DNA of 64,000 nucleotides, from the IMG/VR virus record IMGVR_UViG_3300042402_007287; one strand, 5' to 3'. The translations under genes were made by a program, and so were the position numbers. Each line of letters begins with the position of its first letter. The stretch's first letter is position 1. Below are positions 47,123 through 58,141 of this stretch, piece after piece. The notes below the pieces were generated by a model that ran no database searches, was not told the origin of the DNA, and saw nothing but the letters and a program-made list of their open reading frames with translations. This DNA comes from a virus. Its lineage: Duplodnaviria; Heunggongvirae; Uroviricota; Caudoviricetes.

Positions 47123-50100
47123 TATCTCAATTTAATTTCTAATTCGTCTACTTGTTTAGTTATCTCTTCAATAAATACTTGTTGTTCTTTTATACCTTCA
47201 ACTACAACAGAATTTAATTTCTTGTAGTCAATGTAATAATATCCATCAGGACCGATTCCAACAGCTTCAGGGAAATGAATTCTTACGTTTTGTGCAATTA
47301 GACCTATCTGATGTAATCTTCCCATCTGAGCAAAATATTCATACTCTTCTTTGGTACCCCAATTTTTTTCGTTCCAATCATACTCAACAGTTTCTATTTC
47401 CAATATTTTTATAAGAGAATCTTTCAAGGTTTCAATACCTGTTTTAAGTTTCACGTCAGAATAAGCACAAGCCTGCTGATAGGTACCATTACCACAAGTG
47501 GCGTTTAATGAATAACATGCACTATTCCATTGTTCCCAGTTATAAGTATTCCAATCACAAGTACCATTTGAACAATTCGTAGCATCGAAATATTTGTTTT
47601 GTGTGGCTGTGTAAGCAGTTTGAGTGTATGGATAAACGTTGGGTACAGTGATATTACAAACACCTACACATGGGTTTCTACTTCCTGTAAGAGCAATAAT
47701 ACTATTCAGTTGACATGTTACACCTCCAGGTCCAACAGCTCCTTGGGAACCTTGAGCACCCTGCCCTCCTGTTGCACCTAATGAGCCTTGTGTACCTTGA
47801 CCACCTGTAGGACCTTGTGGTCCTGTGGCACCTGTAGGTCCAGGTGCTCCTGTTGGTCCCTGAGGACCTTGTGGTCCAGTTGGACCAGGACCCCCTGTAG
47901 GACCTGTAGCACCCTGAGGTCCCTTTGGACCTTGTGGTCCTTGAGGTCCTGTGGCACCTCCTCCTCCTTGAGCACCTTGTGCCCCGCCAGGTCCTGTAGG
48001 ACCACCTGGACCTTGTGGACCTTGGGCTCCTGTGGCTCCAGTTGCTCCTTGAGGTCCTACAGCCCCTTGTGAGCCTGTGGCACCTCCCGCACCTTGGGGT
48101 CCAATAGCACCCGTGGCACCTGTATTTCCTTGAGGTCCTGTAGGACCCGTTGCTCCCTGTGCACCAGGATGTCCTGTATTACCTGACGGACCTTGTGGGC
48201 CAGTTGGACCGACCGCTCCTTGAGCACCAGGATGCCCCGTAGCTCCCGGTACGCCGGTCGGACCGGTATTTCCTTGAGCTCCTTGAGGTCCTTGGGAACC
48301 TTGTGAACCCTGAGCACCCGGACTACCTCCTGGTCCTGTAGCACCTTGTGCACCTGGATGTCCTGTGAAACCTGGTGCCCCCTCGTTACCAGTACCTCCA
48401 CCAGCACCTTGAGCACCAGGATGGCCAGTAGCACCTGTAGGTCCTTGAGGTCCTTTGGGTCCTATGGCACCTTGAGCTCCAGGATGTCCTGTACCACCCC
48501 CTTGTCCTTGAGACCCAGTAGGTCCACCTGCACCTTGTGCCCCCGGATGACCTGTCTGACCTTGAGCACCCGTTGCTCCCGCTGAACCTTGCGGTCCTTG
48601 CGCTCCAGGATGACCTGTGAATCCATTAGGTCCTTTTGGTCCGGCCGCACCCTGACTACCTTGGGCACCAGGATGTCCTGTAGCCCCTTGTGAGCCTTGT
48701 GGTCCTGTGGCACCTTGTGGGCCTTGAGCACCAGTGTGTCCTGTGGCTCCTTGTGAACCTTGTGGTCCTATCGCTCCTTGGGGACCTTGGGCACCTGGAT
48801 GACCTGTTCCACCACCCGCCCCTTGCGAACCTTGTGGTCCTGTGGCACCCTGAGCCCCTGTGTTACCTGTACCACCTGCGGGTCCTTGAGCTCCCTGAGG
48901 TCCTGTAGCCCCTTTCGGTCCAACCGCCCCTTGAGCACCTGTGTTACCTCCAGGCCCTGTTGGTCCTGTAGCACCTTGTGCACCAGAATGACCCGTATTA
49001 CCCGCAGGTCCTTGAGCTCCTTGTGGTCCTGTAGCCCCTGTCGGTCCTACCCCACCTTGGGCACCTTGAGCACCTGAAAGTCCTGTCGGACCAGTTGCTC
49101 CTTGTGGCCCCACAGCACCCTGAGCCCCCGTATTACCTGTGTCTCCTTTTGGTCCCACAGCACCTTGTGGTCCTGCAGGTCCTGTAGCTCCTGTATCACC
49201 TGTTGGGCCTGTGGTACCTGTGGCACCTTGTGGTCCCACATTACCTGTATTTCCTGTAGGTCCTTGTGGTCCCTTTGGACCAATCGCACCTGTGGGCCCT
49301 ACCGCACCAACATTACCTGTGAAACCTTGTGGACCAGGATTTCCTGTGGCTCCTTGTGCCCCTGTGTTTCCAGTATTCCCTTGTGCTCCTTTGGGTCCTT
49401 GAGCTCCTATAGCACCGGTGGGTCCAACGGCTCCTTGAGACCCTGTGACACCCGTAGGTCCAGGATTTCCTGTAGCACCCTGAGCGCCAGGATGTCCTGT
49501 ATTTCCTGTGGGTCCTGTTCCACCTGTGTTTCCTGTTGCACCTTGTGCACCTGAAAATCCTTTTGGACCTTGAGCTCCTTGTGGTCCTTGAGCACCTTGT
49601 CCACCTGTTGGTCCTACAGGTCCTTGAGCACCTGTATTACCTGTGGGTCCTGTAACCCCAATCGCACCCTGTGCTCCTGTATTACCAACGGCTCCCGTTG
49701 GTCCTTGTGGACCAGGGTGTCCACTTTGTCCTGTAGGTCCAGGGTTACCTGTATTACCTGGCGCACCTGCTGACCCTTGTGCTCCTGTGGCACCCTTGGG
49801 TCCATTGTTACCTTGAGCACCCGTATTTCCTTGTGCTCCGGCAGTTCCTTGAGCACCCTTAGGCCCAAATGTACCTTGAGCACCTTGAGGTCCTGTGGCG
49901 CCTGCAGCACCAATAGCACCTTGTGCTCCTGTGTTACCTATTGCACCCGTAGGACCTGTATTTCCGTTGAATCCTTTTGCACCCTGAGAACCAGCTATAC
50001 CTGTTGTGGGTCCAATCCAATTGTTTGTGGCATTTATTACCTGAACCCCTCCTATTGCAAGGTAATTTCCTACAAAAATAGTGTTTACTGAAACTGTAGA

Positions 50101-50283
50101 ATTTGCAGGGTCTACTGTCATCAAATTTGTATCACCAACAGTATTACCGCTGAATTTAATTTTACCTGAAGGTGTAACCGTCAGAATAACCTGACCCGTG
50201 GTACCCTCATAACTTATAAATGGAGTACGGTTAGCAGTCCTCTCAGTGAAATTACTCGGAACAATTAAAATATTTTTTCCCAT
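47122..50283 (-). CDS. collagen-like fibre protein, 1053 aa, with a Cys-rich domain of about 100 aa before the C-terminal S74 chaperone domain
   Basis: ...GVTCQLNS...[45 protein letters not shown]... Confidence 0.85.
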   Translation of the reverse strand: MGKNILIVPSNFTERTANRTPFISYEGTTGQVILTVTPSGKIKFSGNTVGDTNLMTVDPANSTVSVNTIFVGNYLAIGGVQVINATNNWIGPTTGIAGSQGAKGFNGNTGPTGAIGNTGAQGAIGAAGATGPQGAQGTFGPKGAQGTAGAQGNTGAQGNNGPKGATGAQGSAGAPGNTGNPGPTGQSGHPGPQGPTGAVGNTGAQGAIGVTGPTGNTGAQGPVGPTGGQGAQGPQGAQGPKGFSGAQGATGNTGGTGPTGNTGHPGAQGATGNPGPTGVTGSQGAVGPTGAIGAQGPKGAQGNTGNTGAQGATGNPGPQGFTGNVGAVGPTGAIGPKGPQGPTGNTGNVGPQGATGTTGPTGDTGATGPAGPQGAVGPKGDTGNTGAQGAVGPQGATGPTGLSGAQGAQGGVGPTGATGPQGAQGPAGNTGHSGAQGATGPTGPGGNTGAQGAVGPKGATGPQGAQGPAGGTGNTGAQGATGPQGSQGAGGGTGHPGAQGPQGAIGPQGSQGATGHTGAQGPQGATGPQGSQGATGHPGAQGSQGAAGPKGPNGFTGHPGAQGPQGSAGATGAQGQTGHPGAQGAGGPTGSQGQGGGTGHPGAQGAIGPKGPQGPTGATGHPGAQGAGGGTGNEGAPGFTGHPGAQGATGPGGSPGAQGSQGSQGPQGAQGNTGPTGVPGATGHPGAQGAVGPTGPQGPSGNTGHPGAQGATGPTGPQGNTGATGAIGPQGAGGATGSQGAVGPQGATGATGAQGPQGPGGPTGPGGAQGAQGGGGATGPQGPQGPKGPQGATGPTGGPGPTGPQGPQGPTGAPGPTGATGPQGPTGGQGTQGSLGATGGQGAQGSQGAVGPGGVTCQLNSIIALTGSRNPCVGVCNITVPNVYPYTQTAYTATQNKYFDATNCSNGTCDWNTYNWEQWNSACYSLNATCGNGTYQQACAYSDVKLKTGIETLKDSLIKILEIETVEYDWNEKNWGTKEEYEYFAQMGRLHQIGLIAQNVRIHFPEAVGIGPDGYYYIDYKKLNSVVVEGIKEQQVFIEEITKQVDELEIKLR

Positions 50284-50396
50284 CCTTTTTAAATACTAAT
50301 GATAAATATCCAAATACACTAAATGTTTTGGAAATATTAGTTAGTCTTCATTATTTTTCAAAAATTAATTATGATTGAAGAAGTAATAAATATAAG

Positions 50397-51086
50397 ATGA
50401 AAATATTATCTAGAACATCTCGTGAATTTTTTGTAAATTCTCTCTCAGAGTTTATTTTATCTAAAATACAATTCAAAGAAAATTCTATAATTCAGGTTGT
50501 TGATTGTGAAAATTTTTACGTTGTAAAGGGGAAGACCACCTCTAAAGAAATATTAGATTTGAACAAAGTCAAAGACGAATTTTATACCAAAAATCCAGAC
50601 TTGAAAAATGAGAAGAAACTTCTAAATACCATAGATTTGATTGACTATGGGTGTAAACTATCAGAGGTGAAAAAATTTTCAGGCTTTTTTTATAACTCAG
50701 AGAATTGTAGTATCAAAAAAGAAATTTTAGAAATGGCGGACGAACTTGTCATTAGTTCTAAGTTTCCATTCGGTTATTCTTTGGAAATGGGACGACTTCT
50801 TTATTTCTTTGCAAAAAGACTAGTATACAATATACCACCTAATTTAGTTTTTGAGAAATTACTTCTAACGATAAAAAAAGATAAAGGTCAAATAGAAATC
50901 TTATTTCAAGAGGAAGATGGCACCGTCTCAGAAACTCTGAACTCTCTTTTTTTAGATTGTGTAGATACCAATGCTCAGAAATTCAAAAAGGAGGTCATCG
51001 AATCTAATTGGAACGAAGAACTAAATTTTTATGAGAAAGACTTAGATTTTTTAAAAAAGAAAATAAAAGGAATTATTTCAATTTAG
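50397..51086 (+). CDS. hypothetical protein
   Basis: 229-aa ORF divergent from the fibre operon. Confidence 0.5.
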   Translation: MKILSRTSREFFVNSLSEFILSKIQFKENSIIQVVDCENFYVVKGKTTSKEILDLNKVKDEFYTKNPDLKNEKKLLNTIDLIDYGCKLSEVKKFSGFFYNSENCSIKKEILEMADELVISSKFPFGYSLEMGRLLYFFAKRLVYNIPPNLVFEKLLLTIKKDKGQIEILFQEEDGTVSETLNSLFLDCVDTNAQKFKKEVIESNWNEELNFYEKDLDFLKKKIKGIISI

Positions 51087-51382
51087 ATAATCCCTAATTT
51101 TTTTTGATGTCCTCTTATAATATCTACGGCTTCCGTAAGCTCGTTGTAATTTTTTTCGGGAACATATAAAAAAGATTCATGTTTTTTAAGGTCTCCCTCT
51201 ATGACAAGTAAAGCAGGTATCATATCGTTGTCTGTTACTTTGGAAAATATATCATACTCTTCCTCGTATTCATCAATATCTCTATCGTGAAATTCGATTC
51301 CTTCTTTAACTAATAACTCTTTGAAGTCTTTGCAATGAGGACATCCCTTCATTGTATAAACTATAACAGATAATTTTGACAT
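51083..51382 (-). CDS. glutaredoxin / NrdH-like redoxin
   Basis: VIVYTMKGCPHCKDFKELL contains a CPxC active site. Confidence 0.7.
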   Translation of the reverse strand: MSKLSVIVYTMKGCPHCKDFKELLVKEGIEFHDRDIDEYEEEYDIFSKVTDNDMIPALLVIEGDLKKHESFLYVPEKNYNELTEAVDIIRGHQKKLGII

Positions 51383-51385
51383 ATT

Positions 51386-51712
51386 TTAATTTTGTAATAA
51401 ATTTAGAACTTCAAGAGTAGACATAACTCCCGCTTTTGAAAAAACTTCTTTTCCTTCTTTGAATATTTTGATTGTTGGTACGCTTCTGATACCCATCTCA
51501 CTCATTATGAATTCTCTATCTGAGTCAATGTCAAATTTATAAATTCCGTATTTTGGAGTATTTCCAGATTCTTTAGATAAATGCTCCTCTAATTTATCTA
51601 AATTAAACAACATCATTTTACAGGGTCCGCACCACGTAGCATATAAATCTAATATGAAGTTTTCTCTGTTATTGATTTTTTCTTTTAGTTCATTTGTTGT
51701 TAGTTGTTGCAT
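51386..51712 (-). CDS. trxA: thioredoxin
   Basis: WCGPCKMM active site. Confidence 0.8.
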   Translation of the reverse strand: MQQLTTNELKEKINNRENFILDLYATWCGPCKMMLFNLDKLEEHLSKESGNTPKYGIYKFDIDSDREFIMSEMGIRSVPTIKIFKEGKEVFSKAGVMSTLEVLNLLQN

Positions 51713-52028
51713 TTTTGAAAGTTTTTAAAAAATTATTTACGAAAAATTGTAATTCGATATCTTGACTCTCTTCAAAATAAATAGTCACCTCAGATGAATC
51801 ATTTTCCAACTTATCGAAACACAAATAAAATCCTTGTGCCGATTTTAATATGTAGTTTTTGAGGGTTGTTTTATTATTGGGACCAAGAATTCTTTCCGAA
51901 TAAACCGGAAAATATCTTTTATCCTTCAAATTTTTAGGAATGGTTAAATCAGGTATGGTAAATTTTAGATTAGAAAAAAATTTACCATCTCTCTCTAAAT
52001 TCACAATATATTGGTGTCTATCCATCAA
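51690..52028 (-). CDS. hypothetical protein
   Basis: 112-aa ORF. Confidence 0.4.
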   Translation of the reverse strand: MMDRHQYIVNLERDGKFFSNLKFTIPDLTIPKNLKDKRYFPVYSERILGPNNKTTLKNYILKSAQGFYLCFDKLENDSSEVTIYFEESQDIELQFFVNNFLKTFKNATTNNK

Positions 52029-53692
52029 AACAGAAAATAATCCGACATACCTGAATTATCAATAGCTTTGTAAGTCCATTCAAGATAACCATCCTGATTG
52101 AACATTGTATCTGACTCGAATTTTACCCCATTACTACATTCTTTAGTTAGTTTGTAAAAAGGGAAATTAGAATCGTTCAATAATTTTTTCACCTGAGAAT
52201 CCAAGACTCTCAAAGGCTCATCCCAAGAACTATCAGGTAAGCTATTGTATTTCCCCAAACATTGAACACGGTCTATATGACTTTTATCTGAATTTTTTAA
52301 ATAATGAATTCTATATTCGATAGTGAGTCTTTCATTAGAATCTATATCATTCTTTCTTAGTGAAATGATTATAGAACTCACTCTACCAATATAACCTTTG
52401 ACACAGTTACTTTGAATCGAACTCTCACTATTATACTCCGAAGAATTAGTGAGAAGTTTAGGATAGAACTGAATATCACCTATTAGAAAATTTTGAATTA
52501 CCTCATAATAAATTTTTGGATAAATTCTATTGTAAGTACCATTCTTATAATGTTCTAACTTATTGACCCAATCTAAATGCTCTTCTCTGAAAAAATCAGA
52601 GTTATCTGTAGATTTCCACTCAATATCAGTTTCCCCAAAACTTTTCAATTGAATATAGAAAAGGAAGTGGTCTTTGAGTGTCCATTCATCAATTTCATTA
52701 TTCGAATTGAATGTTTTAAACAAAAGGAAAACCCTCTTTTTTTCTTTAGGACAAATCAGCAAATTAAATTGTGATATTTGTTTATCACTCAAATCCAAAC
52801 TAACTTGATTATTGAATATATCCTTCAATAATTTTTCATCTTGATTTATCCAATCGGAACCGAATAGTTTAAGTCCGACTTTATAGTTTGATACATTTAG
52901 ATGATTAGCAGTATGGAGAACTTTCTTTAATTTTTTTCCGTTTATGTCATTCATCAACATGAAGGTATCAACCAATCTATTATCTAATTTTTTTAATTTT
53001 TTTCTGAAATTACCAATAAGAAAGTTTGAATATAAGGGAAAATTATTTGGGTATTTTATTTGTTTCTTATCTAAATAATACTTGAAAAGTCTATCTCCAA
53101 ATGATAATCCTTTAACGCCTCCGTCTATTTTATCCAAAAAAATTCTAGATACTTCGTTTATAACATCTGTGTTTTGGTCCGCACTGAATTCGTTGATTAT
53201 GTTCTTGAGTGATGTTCTGAAAGTTTTGAAAGAATCATTTATGATGAAATTTGAACGAACTTTCTTATGGACTTTTTTCTTATTCTGATAATTGTTCATT
53301 TCACCAAAATATATATTACCGTACTTCATGTTGACGGTAACATACCTTATATTTTTATATAATTTAAAATATTGAAGTCCAACCTTTCTTGAAAAAGATT
53401 TTTGGAAAATTTTTAAAGAAATTTTTTCTTCTTTCTGTTCAATCAAAATTGTTACAGTGTCTTGAATAATTGTAAATAAAAGATTTTTAAGATTAGTCTT
53501 AAATGTGTCTTCGTCTCTGTATGTTGATATAAAATCAAAAAAAGGGTGGACTCCGTCGTAATATTCTTTTTTGTTACTATCTATGAGGGAATAGTTTTGG
53601 GCTTCTCTCGAAACATGTCTTTGAAAAACTTTTTTGTAGATAACTGTGTCATTCATAGGACACAAAAATAAGAAAAATTTTAATTCAAACAA
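52025..53692 (-). CDS. hypothetical protein, 555 aa
   Basis: Long ORF. Confidence 0.5.
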   Translation of the reverse strand: MFELKFFLFLCPMNDTVIYKKVFQRHVSREAQNYSLIDSNKKEYYDGVHPFFDFISTYRDEDTFKTNLKNLLFTIIQDTVTILIEQKEEKISLKIFQKSFSRKVGLQYFKLYKNIRYVTVNMKYGNIYFGEMNNYQNKKKVHKKVRSNFIINDSFKTFRTSLKNIINEFSADQNTDVINEVSRIFLDKIDGGVKGLSFGDRLFKYYLDKKQIKYPNNFPLYSNFLIGNFRKKLKKLDNRLVDTFMLMNDINGKKLKKVLHTANHLNVSNYKVGLKLFGSDWINQDEKLLKDIFNNQVSLDLSDKQISQFNLLICPKEKKRVFLLFKTFNSNNEIDEWTLKDHFLFYIQLKSFGETDIEWKSTDNSDFFREEHLDWVNKLEHYKNGTYNRIYPKIYYEVIQNFLIGDIQFYPKLLTNSSEYNSESSIQSNCVKGYIGRVSSIIISLRKNDIDSNERLTIEYRIHYLKNSDKSHIDRVQCLGKYNSLPDSSWDEPLRVLDSQVKKLLNDSNFPFYKLTKECSNGVKFESDTMFNQDGYLEWTYKAIDNSGMSDYFLF

Positions 53693-53964
53693 ATAAAACC
53701 AAATGGAGAAGGGATGAAAACTCTTTCATCCAAAATTTCATCGGGTTTGGGTTCTTTTCCGTTTATTACAACGCAAATGTCCAATAATTGTTTTTGAGTT
53801 AAACTAATCTCCTTCCCTTCTGACGAATTTTTAGTTGCAACCTCTCGAATTTTTTTATAAAACTCATCTTCCTTGTGAAGAGGCACAAGATTTTGTAAAT
53901 CCTTAGGATTATTTCTGAAAAATTTGATTATGTTATTCATGTAGATTTCTACATCAACACTCAT
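53680..53964 (-). CDS. hypothetical protein
   Basis: 94-aa ORF. Confidence 0.35.
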   Translation of the reverse strand: MSVDVEIYMNNIIKFFRNNPKDLQNLVPLHKEDEFYKKIREVATKNSSEGKEISLTQKQLLDICVVINGKEPKPDEILDERVFIPSPFGFICLN

Positions 53965-53981
53965 AAAAACAAATTTAGTAA

Positions 53982-55334
53982 TTATTTATCATATTCCAAA
54001 TCCCAAAGATTACCATTACTATCGTCTTTTCTCATGGTTTTACCTCTCTTCTTTAACCACTCAGGAATACGAACATTGGGACTACCTGTAAGAGCGATGA
54101 AGGCCAAATTTTTGAGATTGTTCAAACAGTCAGGTAGTTCTTTTAAGTTGGGGTTATTGAGTAAGCTTAGAAACTTCAATTCTTTCAGTTCACAAATTTC
54201 ATCAGGTAAAGAACTAATACAATTATCTAACAATATTACCTCCATATTTTTAAATCTTTTTATGGAAGCAGGAATCTTGATGTCAATGTTTTGTCCCTTA
54301 TCTGATTTTTGTGAGATAGCAATTTCATCAAGGGTATCAGGTAAACTTTCAAATAGTTCCTCCAAACCATAAAGTGCCACAAATTTACCAACATTACCAT
54401 GTTTGAAATTATCAATAGTAAGTTTCGTACCGCCAGTTGTGAGACCCCTTGCAAATTTAGGTTTGAACACTTGTTTGAGCTCCTTCCAAGGACCATTCAA
54501 CTTTTCAATTATATCAATTGAATGGTCATGTCTGTCCATGAATTGGTCAGTTTCGAAAGATAATTGGAATCTTTCAACAGGTAATCCTGTTGTTGGTGAA
54601 ACATTCGGGTCTGAAGGGTCAAAAACTACATATAGAGGTCCTTTCCCGATATAATAATCAAAATGGGATAGACCGGGTGCTGATGTACACCATCTTGTTT
54701 CTTGTTGATTTCCACCATAAAAACAAGCCGCCTCTTTACCCAAATTTCCTTTGTCTGTTATTTCAACCACTCTCAAATTAGGTGAATCAAAAACCAATTT
54801 CCCACCAGGATGTACAGGTGCAGATTTTCTTTCTGCTTTGGTTGTAGTGGCGATTGTTATATCGAAATCTTTTACGATATCATATAATTTTTCAGGAGTC
54901 AACTTATTGATATCTCTTAGTTCTTGAGGAATTCTTGATTTAAATCTATCGAACTTTTTTAAATCCTCGGTAATTTTGTACAAATCCTCCATGAATCTAT
55001 CCTTGAGCGTCTTCAATTCTCTTTCATATCCTGATTCACCATAAGGAATTTCAGTATTCTGATTCAATTCCAAATATCTTTTGATAATCCACGGAGAGTA
55101 TGGTCCTGCTTTAACTTTAGCCAATTCCTTCACGTCTGAGGTTGGAATTTCAACATTATGAAGATTTGTTTCGGGGTCAGCCGCAACTAAGATAGACAAC
55201 TCTTTAGGTGTAAGTTTTGCTTTTTTGATTGAACCATCTTTCTTCTTTTTTGATTTAGCATAAGTATCAATCAAAAAATCAATTTTTTCTTGTGCCTCCA
55301 AAATGATGGACTTCAATAAATTGGTGAATCTCAT
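53982..55334 (-). CDS. protein with a C-terminal leucine-rich repeat (LRR) domain
   Basis: LxxLxxLxLxxN repeats: LKELKFLSLLNNPNLKELPDCLNNLKNLAFIALTGSPNV. N-terminus MRFTNLLKSIILEAQEK. Confidence 0.55.
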   Translation of the reverse strand: MRFTNLLKSIILEAQEKIDFLIDTYAKSKKKKDGSIKKAKLTPKELSILVAADPETNLHNVEIPTSDVKELAKVKAGPYSPWIIKRYLELNQNTEIPYGESGYERELKTLKDRFMEDLYKITEDLKKFDRFKSRIPQELRDINKLTPEKLYDIVKDFDITIATTTKAERKSAPVHPGGKLVFDSPNLRVVEITDKGNLGKEAACFYGGNQQETRWCTSAPGLSHFDYYIGKGPLYVVFDPSDPNVSPTTGLPVERFQLSFETDQFMDRHDHSIDIIEKLNGPWKELKQVFKPKFARGLTTGGTKLTIDNFKHGNVGKFVALYGLEELFESLPDTLDEIAISQKSDKGQNIDIKIPASIKRFKNMEVILLDNCISSLPDEICELKELKFLSLLNNPNLKELPDCLNNLKNLAFIALTGSPNVRIPEWLKKRGKTMRKDDSNGNLWDLEYDK

Positions 55335-55376
55335 TTAGTAAACTTTAATATAAATACAATCAAAGTGTAAAAATAA

Positions 55377-56216
55377 CTAATAATTCATAATCAAAAGCTC
55401 TTCACCCAAATTTTGTTTTGTACCCTTTTTTGCAGCGGCAGCCTTTGCGAATTTTTTTCTTTCCCATCGGAAGGTAGATTCAGGATACCACTGATGTAAT
55501 AAATCGAAATCGTAGTATGATAAACTAAATTTACTTTGAACTTGATTCAAAATTACAGAGAGTCTTTCATGGTCCTGTCGGTCGAAGTCATGATTCGAAT
55601 AATAGTTTTCAGTTTTCCAATAGGGTGGGTCTAAATAGATGTAGGTCGAGGGGGAATCATACTTTTCTATTACTTCTTGAAAATCTAAGTTTTCTACATT
55701 TGTAATCTTCAAGAAATGTTCTACCCACTTTGGGTTTGACAACTTATCTCTGAAAGCTAAATATTTAGACCTGTACTTTCCCTTTAAATCTATAAAACTC
55801 GATGTTTCGGGTTTTGAACCACTGAAAACTTGTGTTACAACATAAACATATTTTGCTGCAACTTCATAATCAGGATAATTTATCGTAAAACCTGAAGAAA
55901 ATATTTCAGTTTGAAATTCTCTGAATCTATCTTTGAAGCTAATATCAGTTAGTGATGTTCCGTATTCTTGTACAGGGATGTTATCCAAAGCCCTCTGTAA
56001 TTCAGCGGGATTTTGTACACATTTGAACAAATTATAATTCAAAGGATTGAAGTCATTGTAAACCACTCTTTTGAGATTTGGAAATTTTTCTAAATCCATA
56101 TTGAAAAAACACCAAAACATTCCCCCGAATGTTTCCACATATGTCTCCATGTCTTCGAGATAGTACTCAATAATCCATTTACCAATTTTTGATTTTCCAC
56201 CTATATAACTTAGCAT
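55377..56216 (-). CDS. dam: Dam-family N6-adenine DNA methyltransferase (MethyltransfD12)
   Basis: SYIGGKSKI, TFGGMF and LDPPYWKT. Motif I comes before the DPPY motif IV, i.e. alpha class. Confidence 0.8.
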   Translation of the reverse strand: MLSYIGGKSKIGKWIIEYYLEDMETYVETFGGMFWCFFNMDLEKFPNLKRVVYNDFNPLNYNLFKCVQNPAELQRALDNIPVQEYGTSLTDISFKDRFREFQTEIFSSGFTINYPDYEVAAKYVYVVTQVFSGSKPETSSFIDLKGKYRSKYLAFRDKLSNPKWVEHFLKITNVENLDFQEVIEKYDSPSTYIYLDPPYWKTENYYSNHDFDRQDHERLSVILNQVQSKFSLSYYDFDLLHQWYPESTFRWERKKFAKAAAAKKGTKQNLGEELLIMNY

Positions 56217-56441
56217 AAGTCAAATATATGAAAAAAAAAGAAAAAGGCAAATTTTACTTATAACAATTTTTGTAGGGTCTACAAGAAGCTTTCTGAGTGA
56301 AACCCATTTTGGAGCAAGGTGTAGATTTACAATACGATTGACTATATTTACGTGGTTTCTTAAATTTATTTTGGTCCTTTTCATCTAAAAATTGATGCAA
56401 GACCCTCCTAATAATTTGCTCTAAAATCATACTTATAAATA

Positions 56442-56591
56442 TGGAAGAATCTCAAGGTTGTAGTAAATGTAAAAAAAAATCTTTATTCAAGACTGTAACT
56501 CCGATGTTATTTTTCGGTTTTTACATATTAGCTTCAGCAATTTACGGTAACTACGTTCTTATTAAACTATTGATAAATTTTTTCAAGTAGG
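56442..56591 (+). CDS. small membrane protein, 49 aa (MEESQGCSKCKKKSLFKTVTPMLFFGFYILASAIYGNYVLIKLL...)
   Basis: Manual translation in the 365-bp gap between dam and dnaJ. Confidence 0.25.
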
Positions 56592-57500
56592 TCTATCAAA
56601 TTTGACATGTATTTTGATGAACATGTCTCCTGAACTGTATCCCTTACCCCTAAGCCTCAAAGGCTTCGAAGTGTCAAAATTTTTCGGAGCGGGAACTATA
56701 AGTTCTCCATCTGGGTGTGGTATTGAATATTTATCCTTCAATAGGTCCTCATAATTGAGATAAAGGTTATATACTAAATCACTACCCATTTTTTCGAATC
56801 CTTCGGAACTTTTCAATTCTATCTGAATCAAGAGGTCACCATAATTACCATTTCTATAGTCCCCCATACCCCGTATTCTCACGAATTGTCCACTATCAAT
56901 ACCTTTAGGTATGTTTATCTTTATTTCATTTGCATTACCTAAGGTACCTTTACCTGAACACTTATAACATTTATTTATGAGATTATATCCCCGTCCCTCG
57001 CAATTTGGACATGCCATCCGGACCTGTTGAACTAAAAATCCTGTACCGAATGTTTTCACAATAAAACCTGTACCTTCACATAATCCACAAATTGCCCTGT
57101 CCCCTCCTGTTCCTACGCAAGTATCGCAATGAAGTTCCCTGAAATATTGAATATTTTTTTCTTGTCCTAAATATGATTCTAAAGGGGTCAATTGAAGATT
57201 CAAAATCTTATCTGGTGCTGGATGGTTCCTTGGTGGTTGGAAATTTTGGTTCGAAAACATAGATGCGAAAAAGTCCGAAAATTCACTTCCGTTGTAGGGA
57301 TTAGATTTCTGAAAATCATATTTCTTTCTTTTTTCCTTGTTACTCAGGACTTCATATGCTTCATTGATTTCCTTGAATTTCTCCGCCCCTTGAGGGTTCA
57401 AGTCTGGATGATATTTTTTTGACAGGTTTCTATAACTCTTTTTTATATCATCTTCTGAAGCATTCTCTTCAACTTCTAATAATTTGTAGTAATTTTTCAT
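56583..57500 (-). CDS. dnaJ: DnaJ (Hsp40) co-chaperone: J domain plus a four-repeat CxxCxGxG zinc finger
   Basis: KNYYKLLEV...KKYHPDLNP...AYEVLS contains the HPD motif. Zinc-finger repeats CDTCVGTGG, CGLCEGTGF, CPNCEGRGY, CYKCSGKGT. Confidence 0.88.
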   Translation of the reverse strand: MKNYYKLLEVEENASEDDIKKSYRNLSKKYHPDLNPQGAEKFKEINEAYEVLSNKEKRKKYDFQKSNPYNGSEFSDFFASMFSNQNFQPPRNHPAPDKILNLQLTPLESYLGQEKNIQYFRELHCDTCVGTGGDRAICGLCEGTGFIVKTFGTGFLVQQVRMACPNCEGRGYNLINKCYKCSGKGTLGNANEIKINIPKGIDSGQFVRIRGMGDYRNGNYGDLLIQIELKSSEGFEKMGSDLVYNLYLNYEDLLKDKYSIPHPDGELIVPAPKNFDTSKPLRLRGKGYSSGDMFIKIHVKFDRPT

Positions 57501-57502
57501 GT

Positions 57503-58141
57503 ATGTCGCAATATATGATTGTTCTTTTCAAGGATAAAAAAAAGAAAAAAATAATAAAGGAATATAAAACTTTAGCGAAGGCTCAGGAATTCTTCAATTC
57601 AAATATATCAAAATCTGAAAAAATTATTTTTGAGAAGGTATTCGAGAGTGGTAAACTATGTGAATTTGAATTAGCAATCATAGAAAAAACTAAAAGTCAA
57701 ATGTCACCAACTTATTTGACAGACCAATTTGGAAGGAATAAAAAGGTCAAATTAGAAGATGAAAATTTGAAATTTATAAAGATTTCAAAAATAAAAAAAG
57801 AGGAAGAAATTTACGACATAAAAAAATCAATCAAAATATCATTCGATAAATTCATTAAAACTTACATGGTTGGTAATGAAATGAAAATGTTATACTCGTT
57901 GAATAATAAAATTGTTTTACAAGAGAATTTGGAATTCAAAATATTTTCAGTAAAAAATAAATCTGATGCTGAGAGGTTTTTGGATTGTGTCAGTAAATTT
58001 TACTATGACAACAAGAAAACAAATTGTTTATTTATAAAGGATTCGTCGGTAGCCCAAAGAAAATACCTTTTAAAATTACTATCAGATGCGGGCTTCGATA
58101 AAAAAATATTGTATAGACAATCTACGACTCATCCTCGATGA
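57503..58141 (+). CDS. hypothetical Lys-rich protein; start set to the first ATG, because the track start is TTG
   Basis: ORF on the strand opposite the surrounding block. Confidence 0.3.
   Translation: MSQYMIVLFKDKKKKKIIKEYKTLAKAQEFFNSNISKSEKIIFEKVFESGKLCEFELAIIEKTKSQMSPTYLTDQFGRNKKVKLEDENLKFIKISKIKKEEEIYDIKKSIKISFDKFIKTYMVGNEMKMLYSLNNKIVLQENLEFKIFSVKNKSDAERFLDCVSKFYYDNKKTNCLFIKDSSVAQRKYLLKLLSDAGFDKKILYRQSTTHPR

Noticed and set aside
41258-50091. Dozens of 60-250-aa ORFs on both strands inside the collagen-like genes, including 41424..42086, 44492..45214, 45227..45997 and 49102..49554
   Set aside because: These are frame-shifted readings of the GCACCTTGAGC-type triplet repeats, with Leu/Ser/Thr/Cys-rich or K/V/L-rich low-complexity products. 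The collagen frames on the minus strand are continuous for about 1000 codons each and end in recognisable S74 domains.
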